Notes under the pieces: model-generated | The model's input: the letters and a program-made list of their open reading frames with translations, nothing else | Told to the model about the DNA's origin: nothing | The model's database searches: none | Shown here: in pieces, positions 9,269 through 18,635 of the stretch | Layout: each line of letters starts with the position of its first letter | Numbering within the stretch: position 1 is the first letter of the stretch | NCBI GenBank assembly: GCA_049512315.1 | Contig: JBEKXF010000029.1 | Location: 1-42,497 of the forward strand | Source: Candidatus Aminicenantales bacterium | GTDB taxonomy: Bacteria > Acidobacteriota > Aminicenantia > Aminicenantales > Saccharicenantaceae | DNA: 42,497 nt | Reading direction: 5' to 3' | Made by a program: the position numbers and the translations under genes

Positions 9269-10669
9269 ATGACGGCTAATAAGATTCAGCAAAGGTTTAA
9301 AGTTTTATTGTTAAATCCTTATATCGGCACATTTCGAACAGAGCTTGTTTTTCAGGCACGCTCCATTTGCCAGCCGCTTACGCTGGGCATCATTGCTCAG
9401 TTTTTGAAAAAGGCAAAATTCGATTTTACATTTTTGGACGGCAATGCTCTTGACCTAGGCCCTCAGGCCGTATTGAAACTCGTGAAGGATATAGAACCGA
9501 CCGTCATTGTCACCACGACGACGCATGACATCGATTATGAGCAGCCGAGGTTATCCCTCAAAGATATAAGCGACATTGCAGCTGGTCTTGATCCTTTGAT
9601 TTCCCTGATTGTCATGGGTACTCATGGTACTGTCTGGCCGATGAAAACAATGGACGAGATTCCTAACGTATCAGTGCTGGTTCGCGGGGAACCGGAACTG
9701 ACCGCCTGGGAGACGATTCTGGCTTTAAACGATGGGGAATGCCTTGATTCGGTGCCAGGCATATCATTTAGAGATAATAACGGCTCGATTTGTCATAATC
9801 CTGATCGGCCTTTTATAGAAGATCTGGATTCTTTGCCTCTGCCAGCATATGAATTAATGCCGATGGACAGGTATGTTTCACCTTATAGGAATACGATGTC
9901 TAAATCGGCGGCCATTATTACCAGTAGGGGATGTCCGAACGGCTGTTACTTCTGCTGCACTCACCTGATGGGCGGGCGAAAGCTTAGAGTTAAATCGATT
10001 GCCAGAGTTATGGAAGAAATCTCGCTTCTGGTGAAAGATTATGGGGTTCAATTTATTCACTTCATCGATGACACATTCAATTTAGATTATGATCGGGTGA
10101 GGAGCTTGTGCATTGAAATGATCAAAAGGGACCTCTCTTTTGGTTGGAACGCCCAGATGGTCCTGCCTCGAAATGACGAGCAGGAGCGTCGATTCGTTGA
10201 ATTGATACCCCTGATGAAAGAGTCCGGGTGCACTGGGGCTTCTATTGGGCTAGAGGCGGTTCCCGAGGCTACTCGGCAATATATTCCAAAGAGCGATCCT
10301 GCCCGTTTTGTGCGGATACATCACGCTGCCAAAGAAAACGGCCTCCCCGTTTATCCGAACAATATGTTTGGGCTCAGAGGGGAGACAATGAAGACGCTTC
10401 AAGAGCAAGATGAGTTTTTCACTTTGTATGGAGGGGTAAAGCGTTTTCATCGTTCTGTTGTCATTCCGCGGCCTGGGACAAAGCTGTATGACATCGCGCT
10501 CAGGAAAGACCAGGTATGCCCTGAGGATTCATGGGAAAAGATTGCGGAAATTGCGGGTCAGGTTGGTAACGAACTGACGAGAAGAGATCTTCTTGAGAAC
10601 ATCGCCTACATGGATGAGTTGGAAAGGGATTACAAGGAAAAACATGGGATGAAATCCCGCAAGGTATGA
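9269..10669 (+). CDS. Cobalamin-binding radical SAM protein
   Basis: N-terminal B12-binding domain (PLTLG.IA, G.H.T, VRGEPE), then LDSLPLPAY, SRGCPNGCYFC (CxxxCxxC), FIDDTF, GLE and PRPGT motifs. Confidence 0.92.
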   Translation: MTANKIQQRFKVLLLNPYIGTFRTELVFQARSICQPLTLGIIAQFLKKAKFDFTFLDGNALDLGPQAVLKLVKDIEPTVIVTTTTHDIDYEQPRLSLKDISDIAAGLDPLISLIVMGTHGTVWPMKTMDEIPNVSVLVRGEPELTAWETILALNDGECLDSVPGISFRDNNGSICHNPDRPFIEDLDSLPLPAYELMPMDRYVSPYRNTMSKSAAIITSRGCPNGCYFCCTHLMGGRKLRVKSIARVMEEISLLVKDYGVQFIHFIDDTFNLDYDRVRSLCIEMIKRDLSFGWNAQMVLPRNDEQERRFVELIPLMKESGCTGASIGLEAVPEATRQYIPKSDPARFVRIHHAAKENGLPVYPNNMFGLRGETMKTLQEQDEFFTLYGGVKRFHRSVVIPRPGTKLYDIALRKDQVCPEDSWEKIAEIAGQVGNELTRRDLLENIAYMDELERDYKEKHGMKSRKV

Positions 10670-11835
10670 AGAAGAGGAGGGATATTTTGCAGACATTCGA
10701 CAATAAGGATTTAGAAAACCTTAAGGCAGTGTTAGACAAAGGAGACCTTTGCTCCGTCAGGGGCGGAATGACTCCTAAGTTTGAGAAAACCTTTGCGGAG
10801 AAAATCGGTGCGGAGTATGCCGTTGCGATGAACTCAGGAATGTCAGCCCTTCATGCAGCAGTGGCAGCCGCTGATGCCGGGCCTGGAGATGAAGTGATCT
10901 GCGATCCAATGGTGCAATTCGGGGCGATGGCTGTCTTTTACAACAATGCGGTGCCGGTCTTCGCAGACATAGATCCTGGGACCTATTTGATTGATCCAAG
11001 ATCGATAGAACAGAGAATCACTGACAGAACCAAGGCCATCATATGCACGCATCTCTGGGGATTGCCTTGTGACATGGAAGAAATAATGGATATCGCAAGA
11101 GCTCATCAGATCACGGTAATAGAAGATTGCGCCCACGCACTTCTTGCTCAATATAAGTCCCGCTTCACAGGTACATTAGGCCACATTGGTGTATTCAGCT
11201 TTCAGATGTCAAAGCAGTTGGGACTGGGTGATGCTGGAATGGCCACAACAGCGGATCCTTTTTTGTATGAGCGCCTGCTCGACGGGTCGGGGGTTCGTGG
11301 GCTTGCGACATTTCCACGACTAATGTGGAATTACAGGTTGAATGAACTTGTTTCAGCGGTCGGGCTGGCTCAACTCGAAAAGGTAGAATACTACGTTGAA
11401 GAACATATAGAACGAGCCAGGATCTATAACGAAACCTTGGCAAATATAGGGTGTCTTCACGTCCAGATTTGTCCTCCGGACCGAACTCACAGTTACCACT
11501 TATGGGCTGCTTGCTTAGACACGGAGGAAATTGGGTGGAATCATATGGGGTTAGAGCGCTTGTTGGCGGAAAAAGGGGTTCTGGCAAGGATCGGTTACAT
11601 CGGGAAGCCTGCCTACCTCCACGATGTTTTTAGGGGGCCGCTTGCTTACGGAAAAGGATGCCCGCTCTCATGTCCCTATTATTCTAGCCCAGTCAGATAC
11701 CAGCCGGGGCTTTGCCCGGAGGCTGAAAAAATCATGCCGAATATGCTTTTGGTTCCCCTGAAATGGAATAGCAGGGAAGATCATCGGGATAATGCTGAAA
11801 AACTCAAAATCTGTCTGAAAGCATTTTCTGAATGA
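10666..11835 (+). CDS. DegT/DnrJ/EryC1/StrS PLP aminotransferase
   Basis: NSGMSALH, GDEVI, PVFADID, IEDCAHA, FSFQMSKQL and NYRL motifs; overlaps the upstream stop (ATGA). Confidence 0.93.
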   Translation: MKKRRDILQTFDNKDLENLKAVLDKGDLCSVRGGMTPKFEKTFAEKIGAEYAVAMNSGMSALHAAVAAADAGPGDEVICDPMVQFGAMAVFYNNAVPVFADIDPGTYLIDPRSIEQRITDRTKAIICTHLWGLPCDMEEIMDIARAHQITVIEDCAHALLAQYKSRFTGTLGHIGVFSFQMSKQLGLGDAGMATTADPFLYERLLDGSGVRGLATFPRLMWNYRLNELVSAVGLAQLEKVEYYVEEHIERARIYNETLANIGCLHVQICPPDRTHSYHLWAACLDTEEIGWNHMGLERLLAEKGVLARIGYIGKPAYLHDVFRGPLAYGKGCPLSCPYYSSPVRYQPGLCPEAEKIMPNMLLVPLKWNSREDHRDNAEKLKICLKAFSE

Positions 11836-11905
11836 GGCCTAATCGGTTGCTCAACACAATGAGACACGACATCAAAGCGTTTCCTATACGGAATGTTCAT
11901 ATAGC

Positions 11906-11935
11906 TTGACATTCCCGGCGCAACGATATTATAAT
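11906..11935 (+). promoter_or_regulatory. Consensus sigma70 promoter upstream of wzx
   Basis: Perfect TTGACA-18 nt-TATAAT in the intergenic region, about 190 nt before wzx. Confidence 0.7.
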
Positions 11936-12098
11936 AAATATGTTAAGGATCGGCCAAGACTAGTAAACAAAGTGATGGGAATTGGGGTGCTGTATTATCT
12001 ATTCTTGTTTTCTCTTCTTGACCGCGATTGATTGCTATGATCCTTGCCTCGGCCAGCCGAAGGCATGGTTTGTGGGCCGTAGCCCTCCTAGACCCAAG

Positions 12099-12110
12099 GG
12101 CGGTAGCTTG
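12099..12110 (+). promoter_or_regulatory. ops (RfaH-type antitermination/pause) consensus element
   Basis: GGCGGTAGCTTG is an exact GGCGGTAGnnTG match, 17 nt before the wzx ATG. Confidence 0.55.
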
Positions 12111-12127
12111 TCTTTGGGAAGGTAAAA

Positions 12128-13627
12128 ATGAATCCTATTGATTCGACTTCGCCCCTTTCGAAGGATCCTGGCGACAGAGTAGAGCTCATCGACCGGGCCG
12201 CGCAGTCAGTCAAATGGTCCTTCCTTTATAACGCGATTCCACGCTTGGTAACCCCTTTTTCCACTATGATCCTGGCCGCTCTTTTGACGCCCGCCGATTT
12301 CGGGCTGGTCGCGATATCAAACTTGGTGATAGCTCTGGCGCAGATTGTCGTCCAGTTAGGATTGGGGCAGACAGTGATTCAGCGTAGGACACAAGTGGAG
12401 GAGGCGGCTTCGACGGCGTTATGGGTCAGTCTGCTCTTGTCTGGGGTGCTATATCTTTCGCTCTGGGTCGCCGCCCCGAGTCTGGCCGCGGCCTATAAGA
12501 ACGCGCACGTCGTCGATGTCATCCGTGTCGCCGCCCTGGCGTTGCCGCTGTCCTCCCTCTTTGCCATCCCTTCAGCCCTGCTGAGGCGCAACATGGAGTT
12601 CCGCCGCCTCTTCTGGATTAACTCCTCGGTTCTCGTCGTCTCGGCCCTTGCCTCCGTGATTCTGGCGGTGCTCGGCGCCGGGGTTTGGGCCCTCATCTTG
12701 GGGCCGATGGTCGGCATGACCATCAGCACTGCTCTTGCCTGGAGACTCTCCTCTTGGCGGCCGACGTTCAAGATCCACGGGCTCGTCCTGCGCTCCATGC
12801 TCGGCTTCAGCAGTTGGGTGATGGTGGCCGGCTTCCTGAACTGGATGTTCCTCTATGCTGGCAGCACTATTGGCGGCTTGTTCTTAGGCGTCGAGGGGCT
12901 GGGAGTTTTTTCTCTCGGTTTCACAATAGCGATTGTGATACCGTCCTTCTTGGTCGCGGCAATCGGGGACGTGACTTATCCCACGTTTTGCAAGATGCAG
13001 GAGAATCCGCGGGACATCGGCGAGGACTTGGCCAAGGTGCAGTCGTTGGCGGGAGCGGTCCTCTTTCCGGTGACGCTCGGCATTTCGGCCATCGCCCCAC
13101 TCGTAGTCCATCTGCTCTATGGATCAAAGTGGGCAGGCTTGGGAACAGTGATATCGGTCCTGGTCATCATGCCCGGACTGGGGCATGTCTGGTCGCTCAA
13201 CGAAACCGCTTATCAAGCGATCGGGCGGCCGGATCTTTGGACAAAAGTCTCTGGGCTCTCCCTGCTGGTCATGTTGCCAGTATTGTGGCTGATGGGCCAC
13301 CGGGGATTGGTGGCGTTCACTCTCGGCCGTTTTGGCGCCGGCTGGATCCTTCCTCTGGGCAACATCTATCTGACCGCCCGTATTTTGAAGGTCGGGGTTC
13401 GCGGCCAGCTCAAGGCGTTCGGCCCGCCTCTCTTGATTTCCCTGGGGATGTTCGTCGTGGTCGTACTATTAGTGCGGCTGGGAAGCACTTTCGAAGGAGT
13501 CATCGGGTGGATCAAACTGCTTGCCATCGTCGTTTTCGGGGGCACCACCTATCTCGTGCTGGCGCGGATCTTCCAAAGGGAGTTGTGGGACCAGATGTTC
13601 CTGAGCCTTCGGCGGGTATTTTCATGA
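12128..13627 (+). CDS. wzx: Wzx polysaccharide flippase (WzxC-like)
   Basis: LAALLTPADFGLVA, LGLGQTVIQ, ALLRRNMEF and GVWALI motifs; about 12-14 TM segments. Confidence 0.93.
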   Translation: MNPIDSTSPLSKDPGDRVELIDRAAQSVKWSFLYNAIPRLVTPFSTMILAALLTPADFGLVAISNLVIALAQIVVQLGLGQTVIQRRTQVEEAASTALWVSLLLSGVLYLSLWVAAPSLAAAYKNAHVVDVIRVAALALPLSSLFAIPSALLRRNMEFRRLFWINSSVLVVSALASVILAVLGAGVWALILGPMVGMTISTALAWRLSSWRPTFKIHGLVLRSMLGFSSWVMVAGFLNWMFLYAGSTIGGLFLGVEGLGVFSLGFTIAIVIPSFLVAAIGDVTYPTFCKMQENPRDIGEDLAKVQSLAGAVLFPVTLGISAIAPLVVHLLYGSKWAGLGTVISVLVIMPGLGHVWSLNETAYQAIGRPDLWTKVSGLSLLVMLPVLWLMGHRGLVAFTLGRFGAGWILPLGNIYLTARILKVGVRGQLKAFGPPLLISLGMFVVVVLLVRLGSTFEGVIGWIKLLAIVVFGGTTYLVLARIFQRELWDQMFLSLRRVFS

Positions 13628-13740
13628 GCAAAGACGTGGGGCCGCGTGCGGCCGATCTGGCATACGTAAGTCCAGGCCCCGCAGCGTGCTCCTGCTCGCG
13701 CGGGAAACAATTCTCTTCACCGAAAGAGTGGTCAGCATGA
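13624..13740 (+). other. 38-aa bridging ORF or gene remnant between wzx and wzc
   Basis: It starts with an ATGA overlap on the wzx stop and ends with an ATGA overlap on the wzc start (13737). Confidence 0.4.
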
Positions 13741-15998
13741 AGAACATCGAGAAAAAGGGTTTTTCCGACGCGCAGGGAATCAGCCTCTCTGAGCTGTGGC
13801 TGATAGCCCTAAAGAGAAAGTGGATTGTGATCACCACGGCCCTGGCCGTGCTCGCGGTGGCCACTCTGGTTTCATTCCTGGTCACCCCGATGTATACGGC
13901 CGAGGGCCAGGTCCTCATCGAGCGGGAACCGAATATCCTGAGTTTCGAAGACATCCTCCAGATCGAACCGTTCAACGATGATTATTATCAGACCCAGTAC
14001 AAGCTTCTCCAAAGCAGGTCTCTCGCCGGGGACACCATTGACCGGATGAAATTGTACGAAAACAAAAAGTTTGTGAAGGCCGCTATCAAGGACCGGGAGC
14101 CTCGGGCGGAGGATCTGAAGAACGACCCTCTCGCTCGGAGGAAGCTAATCGATTCGTTTCTGGGGCTCCTGAATATCCGACCGGTCAGCAAGACGCGGCT
14201 GGTCCGGGCCAGCTTCAGCGACCCGGATCCGAAGCTCGCGGCCGAGACCCTGAACGCGCTTTTCGAGGCCTACATCGAAATGAACGTCCAGAAGAAGTAT
14301 CAGGCCACGGAGCAGGCGACGGATTTCCTCGCGAACCAGATCGCGGCCGTCCGGGCTGAGATCGAGGGCAACGAAAAGAAACTCCAGGAATATGGGAAGG
14401 AAAAAAACATCATCGCCTTGAGCAGCACCGAGAATACCGTCATCGAGAGGCTCGGCGAATTGAACAAGGTCCTGACCGACGCCCAAATCGACCGTGTGAA
14501 CAAAGAAACATATTACAATGAGATTCGTCTGGCCACGCCGGACTATATCCCGGACGCCCTGAGCAATCCGCTGATCCAGAAATTGCGAGAGGACTACAGC
14601 CGGCTATACCGGGAATTCGTCAAGAGAAGTGATAAGTACCTTCCCGACTTCCCGGAGATCCAGAGTCTCAAGGCCGAATTGGACACGGCCAAGAAAGCCA
14701 TGGAGGACGAGACCCAGGCCCTGATCAAGCGGGCCTACAGCGATTTCCAGGCGGCGCTCACGAAGGAACAGGCGCTAGCCGGAGTGTTCAACGCGCAGAA
14801 GAGAGAAGCCTTCCAGCTCAACAGCAACGCTATTCAGTACAACAGCTTGTTGATTCAGATTCAGAACCAGAAGAACCTATTGGAATCGCTGATGAAGCGG
14901 AAGAGCGAAACCGACGTTTCGTCGCGTCTGAAAGGCCTCCGGACGTCGAATATCTGGGTCGTGGACAAAGCAGAGATCCCGTTGTCGCCGAGCAGTCCCA
15001 AGAAGGTGAAAAATATGATCTTGGCCCTGATGATCGGCGTGTTTGCCGGACTGGGGCTGGCGTTTGTGTTCGAACGCCTGGACAACACGGTTAAGGATTC
15101 TGACGATATCAAAAAATACGCGGGACTTCCAATGCTAGGAATGGTCCCGGCGTTCTCCAAGCACGGACGGATGACGGGATATGATGAGACGCCCGAGGAG
15201 GAGAATATGGAATCCGGGGAGAAGGCGAAGCCGGCCTGGACGCATGTCCTGGAACGACCCTGGACAGTGGCCGGCGTGAGGAAGCCCGAGCCGAGCGGGG
15301 GCGAGCCCGAATCGATGGACCTCATCGTCCACTTTTCCCCGAAGTCCTCCTTCGCTGAGTATTATCGCTCGATCCGGACGACGCTGCTGTTCTCGACGGT
15401 GGACGCGAAGATGCGGGCGTTGGCCGTCATGAGCCCTTTGCCGCAAGAGGGGAAGACGGCAACGACCTGTAATTTGGCCGTCGCGCTGGCCCAGGCTGGA
15501 AAGCGCGTGGTGATCCTCGATGCTGACCTGCGCAAACCTCGTCTGCACAAAGTGTTTCGGGTCATGAATTTGAACGGGTTGACAAAATACCTGACGGAGG
15601 ACCTTGCCTTGGAAGATCTGTTGCATGCTACCCCGATCCCGACACTTTTTCTGATCAATTCAGGGCCCGTGCCGCCCAATCCCCTCGAGCTGCTGGGATC
15701 GGAGAAGATGGCGAAGCTGATCGGCCAACTCAAGGAGGATTTTGACTTCATTCTTGCGGATACCCCACCCCTGCTGGCGGTAAGCGACGCGCTCGTTCTC
15801 GGAGCGCGGCTGGACGGGGCGATCCTGGTCGTGCGGGGGGGGCGGACTCCCCGGGAGGCTTTGAAGCGGGCCCAGGAGACGATGGCGGCCCACAAGATCA
15901 ACTGCTTAGGGGTCATCATCAACAACGTCCAGATGCGTGATTTTGACGAATACCATGTCTCGTCGTACTATAAGTACCGCGGGCGGACCGAAGCATGA
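13737..15998 (+). CDS. wzc: Wzc polysaccharide co-polymerase / BY tyrosine kinase
   Basis: Two TM helices flank a coiled coil. Walker A SPLPQEGKT, LDADLRKP, ILADTPP and a C-terminal Tyr cluster (EYHVSSYYKY) are present. Start chosen at ATG 13737. Confidence 0.95.
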   Translation: MKNIEKKGFSDAQGISLSELWLIALKRKWIVITTALAVLAVATLVSFLVTPMYTAEGQVLIEREPNILSFEDILQIEPFNDDYYQTQYKLLQSRSLAGDTIDRMKLYENKKFVKAAIKDREPRAEDLKNDPLARRKLIDSFLGLLNIRPVSKTRLVRASFSDPDPKLAAETLNALFEAYIEMNVQKKYQATEQATDFLANQIAAVRAEIEGNEKKLQEYGKEKNIIALSSTENTVIERLGELNKVLTDAQIDRVNKETYYNEIRLATPDYIPDALSNPLIQKLREDYSRLYREFVKRSDKYLPDFPEIQSLKAELDTAKKAMEDETQALIKRAYSDFQAALTKEQALAGVFNAQKREAFQLNSNAIQYNSLLIQIQNQKNLLESLMKRKSETDVSSRLKGLRTSNIWVVDKAEIPLSPSSPKKVKNMILALMIGVFAGLGLAFVFERLDNTVKDSDDIKKYAGLPMLGMVPAFSKHGRMTGYDETPEEENMESGEKAKPAWTHVLERPWTVAGVRKPEPSGGEPESMDLIVHFSPKSSFAEYYRSIRTTLLFSTVDAKMRALAVMSPLPQEGKTATTCNLAVALAQAGKRVVILDADLRKPRLHKVFRVMNLNGLTKYLTEDLALEDLLHATPIPTLFLINSGPVPPNPLELLGSEKMAKLIGQLKEDFDFILADTPPLLAVSDALVLGARLDGAILVVRGGRTPREALKRAQETMAAHKINCLGVIINNVQMRDFDEYHVSSYYKYRGRTEA

Positions 15999-16744
15999 TC
16001 GACCTTCACACTCACCTTCTCCCGGATTGGGATGACGGCGCGGCCGACTGGGCCGAGTCCGACCGAATGATTGAGGTGGCCCGGGAGGACGGCATCACCA
16101 AGATGGTTCTGACGCCGCACGTTTTCCGGATGACCAAGGACGGCAACGACGGGAGAGGTCTCAAGGCCCGGATGCGAGCATTCCTCGAACAGTCCAACTC
16201 CCGCGAGATCGATTTCTTCCCCGGGGCCGAGGTCCATGTCCACCCCGACATGATCGCGCACATCAAAGATTTCGACCTGACCGTCAACGGGTCGAATTTT
16301 GTCTTTATCGAGTTCCCGGCCGAGCACTTGCCGGGCGGGGCGACAAATCTCGTGTATCAGATGATGCTCAACGGGCTGATCCCGATCATCAGCCACCCGG
16401 AGCGGAACGCCGTGTTCGCCCGGTCGCCGGAGATCCTCTATGATTTGATCAGACAAGGGGCCATTGCCCAGATCACTTCGTTGAGCATCACGGGTGGATT
16501 CGGTACGCATGTGCGGAAAACCGCTGAGCGTTTTCTTCGGCACGGTCTTGTGCATCTGATCGCAAGCGATGCCCACAATGCGGACACGCGGCCACCGCAA
16601 TTGTCTGAAGCTAGCAAAAGGGCCGCGAAATTTGTGGGAACGGCAAGGGCCGAAGCCATGGTGACGACGGTTCCGGCTGCCATATTGGAAAACGAACAGA
16701 TTCCGGACCTCGGAGAGCCGATCAGCCCGGGGGAAAAAGAATAA
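15995..16744 (+). CDS. cpsB: CpsB/CapC PHP-family protein-tyrosine phosphatase
   Basis: MIDLHTHLLP..DDG, TPH, GAE, HPERN and ASDAH motifs. Confidence 0.93.
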   Translation: MIDLHTHLLPDWDDGAADWAESDRMIEVAREDGITKMVLTPHVFRMTKDGNDGRGLKARMRAFLEQSNSREIDFFPGAEVHVHPDMIAHIKDFDLTVNGSNFVFIEFPAEHLPGGATNLVYQMMLNGLIPIISHPERNAVFARSPEILYDLIRQGAIAQITSLSITGGFGTHVRKTAERFLRHGLVHLIASDAHNADTRPPQLSEASKRAAKFVGTARAEAMVTTVPAAILENEQIPDLGEPISPGEKE

Positions 16745-16811
16745 GTTCCACTTTCTTGCTTGATGATTTAAAGAACACGATGATACGTTTTTTTGTCGCC
16801 GAGGAGGAGAA

Positions 16812-17807
16812 GTGAGCCAATACTGGCAGGGGAAAAGAGTACTCGTCACGGGCGCTGGCGGATTCATTGGCAGCCACCTTGTAGAACGGCTCGTTGCCGA
16901 GGGTGCTATGGTGCGCGGCTTTGTGCACTACAACTCGCGGAGCCACATAGGATTTCTATCTCTTGTGCCGAAAAATATCATCGAACAAGTACAAATGATA
17001 GCGGGAAATTTGTGCGATCCAGACACGATTCATAGGGCCTTAGAGGGCTGCCAGGTCGTTTTCCACCTCGGTGCAATTATTTCCATTCCTTACTCCCTTC
17101 AGCACCCGTTCGAAGTAGTCGAGACAAACATATTGGGCACCATGAGCGTATTGAGGGCCTGTCAGAGAATGCGGGTGGAACGTCTCATCCATACGTCGAC
17201 GAGTGAAGTGTACGGGACGGCGCGAGGCGTTCCTATGGATGAAAGCCATCAGCTTCATGCCCAATCCCCATATGCCGCCAGCAAAATTGGGGCTGATAAG
17301 TTGGCCGAAAGCTTCTACTGCGCCTACGGGCTTCCTGTCGTCACGATAAGGCCATTTAATACCTATGGGCCGCGACAGTCCGCGCGGGCGGTTATCCCGA
17401 CAATCATAACTCAGGCCCTGAGCCAATCGATTATTAAGTTGGGGAATTTGGAAGTCTCGCGAGATTTCACTTATGTGGCTGATACCGTCGACGGGTTTAT
17501 CAAAGCGGGAGAAGCTCCTGACGCGGAGGGAAAGACCCTGAACCTAGGAACGGGTTCCGAGATTGCAATTGGGGTGTTGGTCGATAAGATTGTGCGCCTA
17601 ACCGGCAGTTCTGCGAGGATTGAAGTGGATTCCGTCCGTTTGCGCCCCGCCGGCGCCGAAGTGTCGCGCTTGGTGTCCGATAATTCCCTGGCCCATGCTG
17701 TCCTCGGCTGGACGCCCCGAATCAATTTTGAGACCGGACTGAAACAAACCATAGATTGGATCAGAGGACATCTCGACCTATATCGAATCGGTTTCTATGA
17801 GTTTTAA
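16812..17807 (+). CDS. NDP-sugar 4,6-dehydratase (SDR, LegB/RmlB-like)
   Basis: GAGGFIG, ISIPYS, TSTSEVYG, SPYAASK and RPFNTYGPRQSARAVIPTII motifs. Confidence 0.88.
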   Translation: MSQYWQGKRVLVTGAGGFIGSHLVERLVAEGAMVRGFVHYNSRSHIGFLSLVPKNIIEQVQMIAGNLCDPDTIHRALEGCQVVFHLGAIISIPYSLQHPFEVVETNILGTMSVLRACQRMRVERLIHTSTSEVYGTARGVPMDESHQLHAQSPYAASKIGADKLAESFYCAYGLPVVTIRPFNTYGPRQSARAVIPTIITQALSQSIIKLGNLEVSRDFTYVADTVDGFIKAGEAPDAEGKTLNLGTGSEIAIGVLVDKIVRLTGSSARIEVDSVRLRPAGAEVSRLVSDNSLAHAVLGWTPRINFETGLKQTIDWIRGHLDLYRIGFYEF

Positions 17808-17822
17808 CAAAGGGGAAGCGTT

Positions 17823-18533
17823 ATGAAAGCCGTTGTGCTGGCGGGGGGAAAAGGGACTCGTCTCTTGCCTTATACCAGGATCCTGCCAAAACCGCTGATG
17901 CCCATCGGCGACATGCCCATTCTCGAAGTGATCTTGCGCCAAATGAGAAGGGCCGGTTTCGATGATGTCGTACTCACGGTTGGACACCTTTCAGAGTTGA
18001 TGCGGGCATTCTTCAGGGACGGTGAACACCTCGGCCTGCATATCTCTTACAACTATGAGGACAAGCCCCTGGGGACGGCAGGACCCATCGCGCAGATTGA
18101 AGGCCTCGATGATCCCTTTCTTGTGATTAATGGCGATGTTCTAACCACGCTAAACTTTGGAGAGTTGATGCGCTTTCATAGAGAACAGCAGGCAGTCGCC
18201 ACGATCGCGGCGCATCACCGCAAAGTCAACATTGACCTAGGGGTCATTCAGTGGGATGCCAAGCCCAAGATTGGTGGGTACATCGAGAAACCGACCTACG
18301 AGTTTTGTGTCAGCATGGGAGTATATGTGTTTGACCCGCACGTCGTTCAGTACATCCCTATCGGCGAATATCTGGATTTCCCAGATTTGGTTCACAAGCT
18401 CATCGACGCGGGGGAAAAAGTCATTGGTTATCACTTTGATGGGTATTGGCAGGATCTAGGCCGCCGAGAGGATTATGAGCAAGCATTGCAGGATTTTGAA
18501 AAGATGCGCTCCCAGTTTTTGCCTGAAGCCTAA
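17823..18533 (+). CDS. Sugar-phosphate nucleotidyltransferase
   Basis: LAGGKGTRL.P.T..LPKPL, E.KPLGTAG, NGDVLT, EKP and WQDLG motifs. Confidence 0.92.
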   Translation: MKAVVLAGGKGTRLLPYTRILPKPLMPIGDMPILEVILRQMRRAGFDDVVLTVGHLSELMRAFFRDGEHLGLHISYNYEDKPLGTAGPIAQIEGLDDPFLVINGDVLTTLNFGELMRFHREQQAVATIAAHHRKVNIDLGVIQWDAKPKIGGYIEKPTYEFCVSMGVYVFDPHVVQYIPIGEYLDFPDLVHKLIDAGEKVIGYHFDGYWQDLGRREDYEQALQDFEKMRSQFLPEA

Positions 18534-18635
18534 ACCCGTCAAGTGGCGTAGGCCGTGAAAACAGTTTTAGCCTTTTTGAGTAAGCTCACTATGTCAACAA
18601 ACCAAACCCCTATCGGAGTTTAATAAGAACTAAAG

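Noticed and set aside
12685..13623. 351-aa alternative-frame ORF inside wzx
   Set aside because: Off-frame product of GC-biased codons; only its last 38 codons lie outside wzx.
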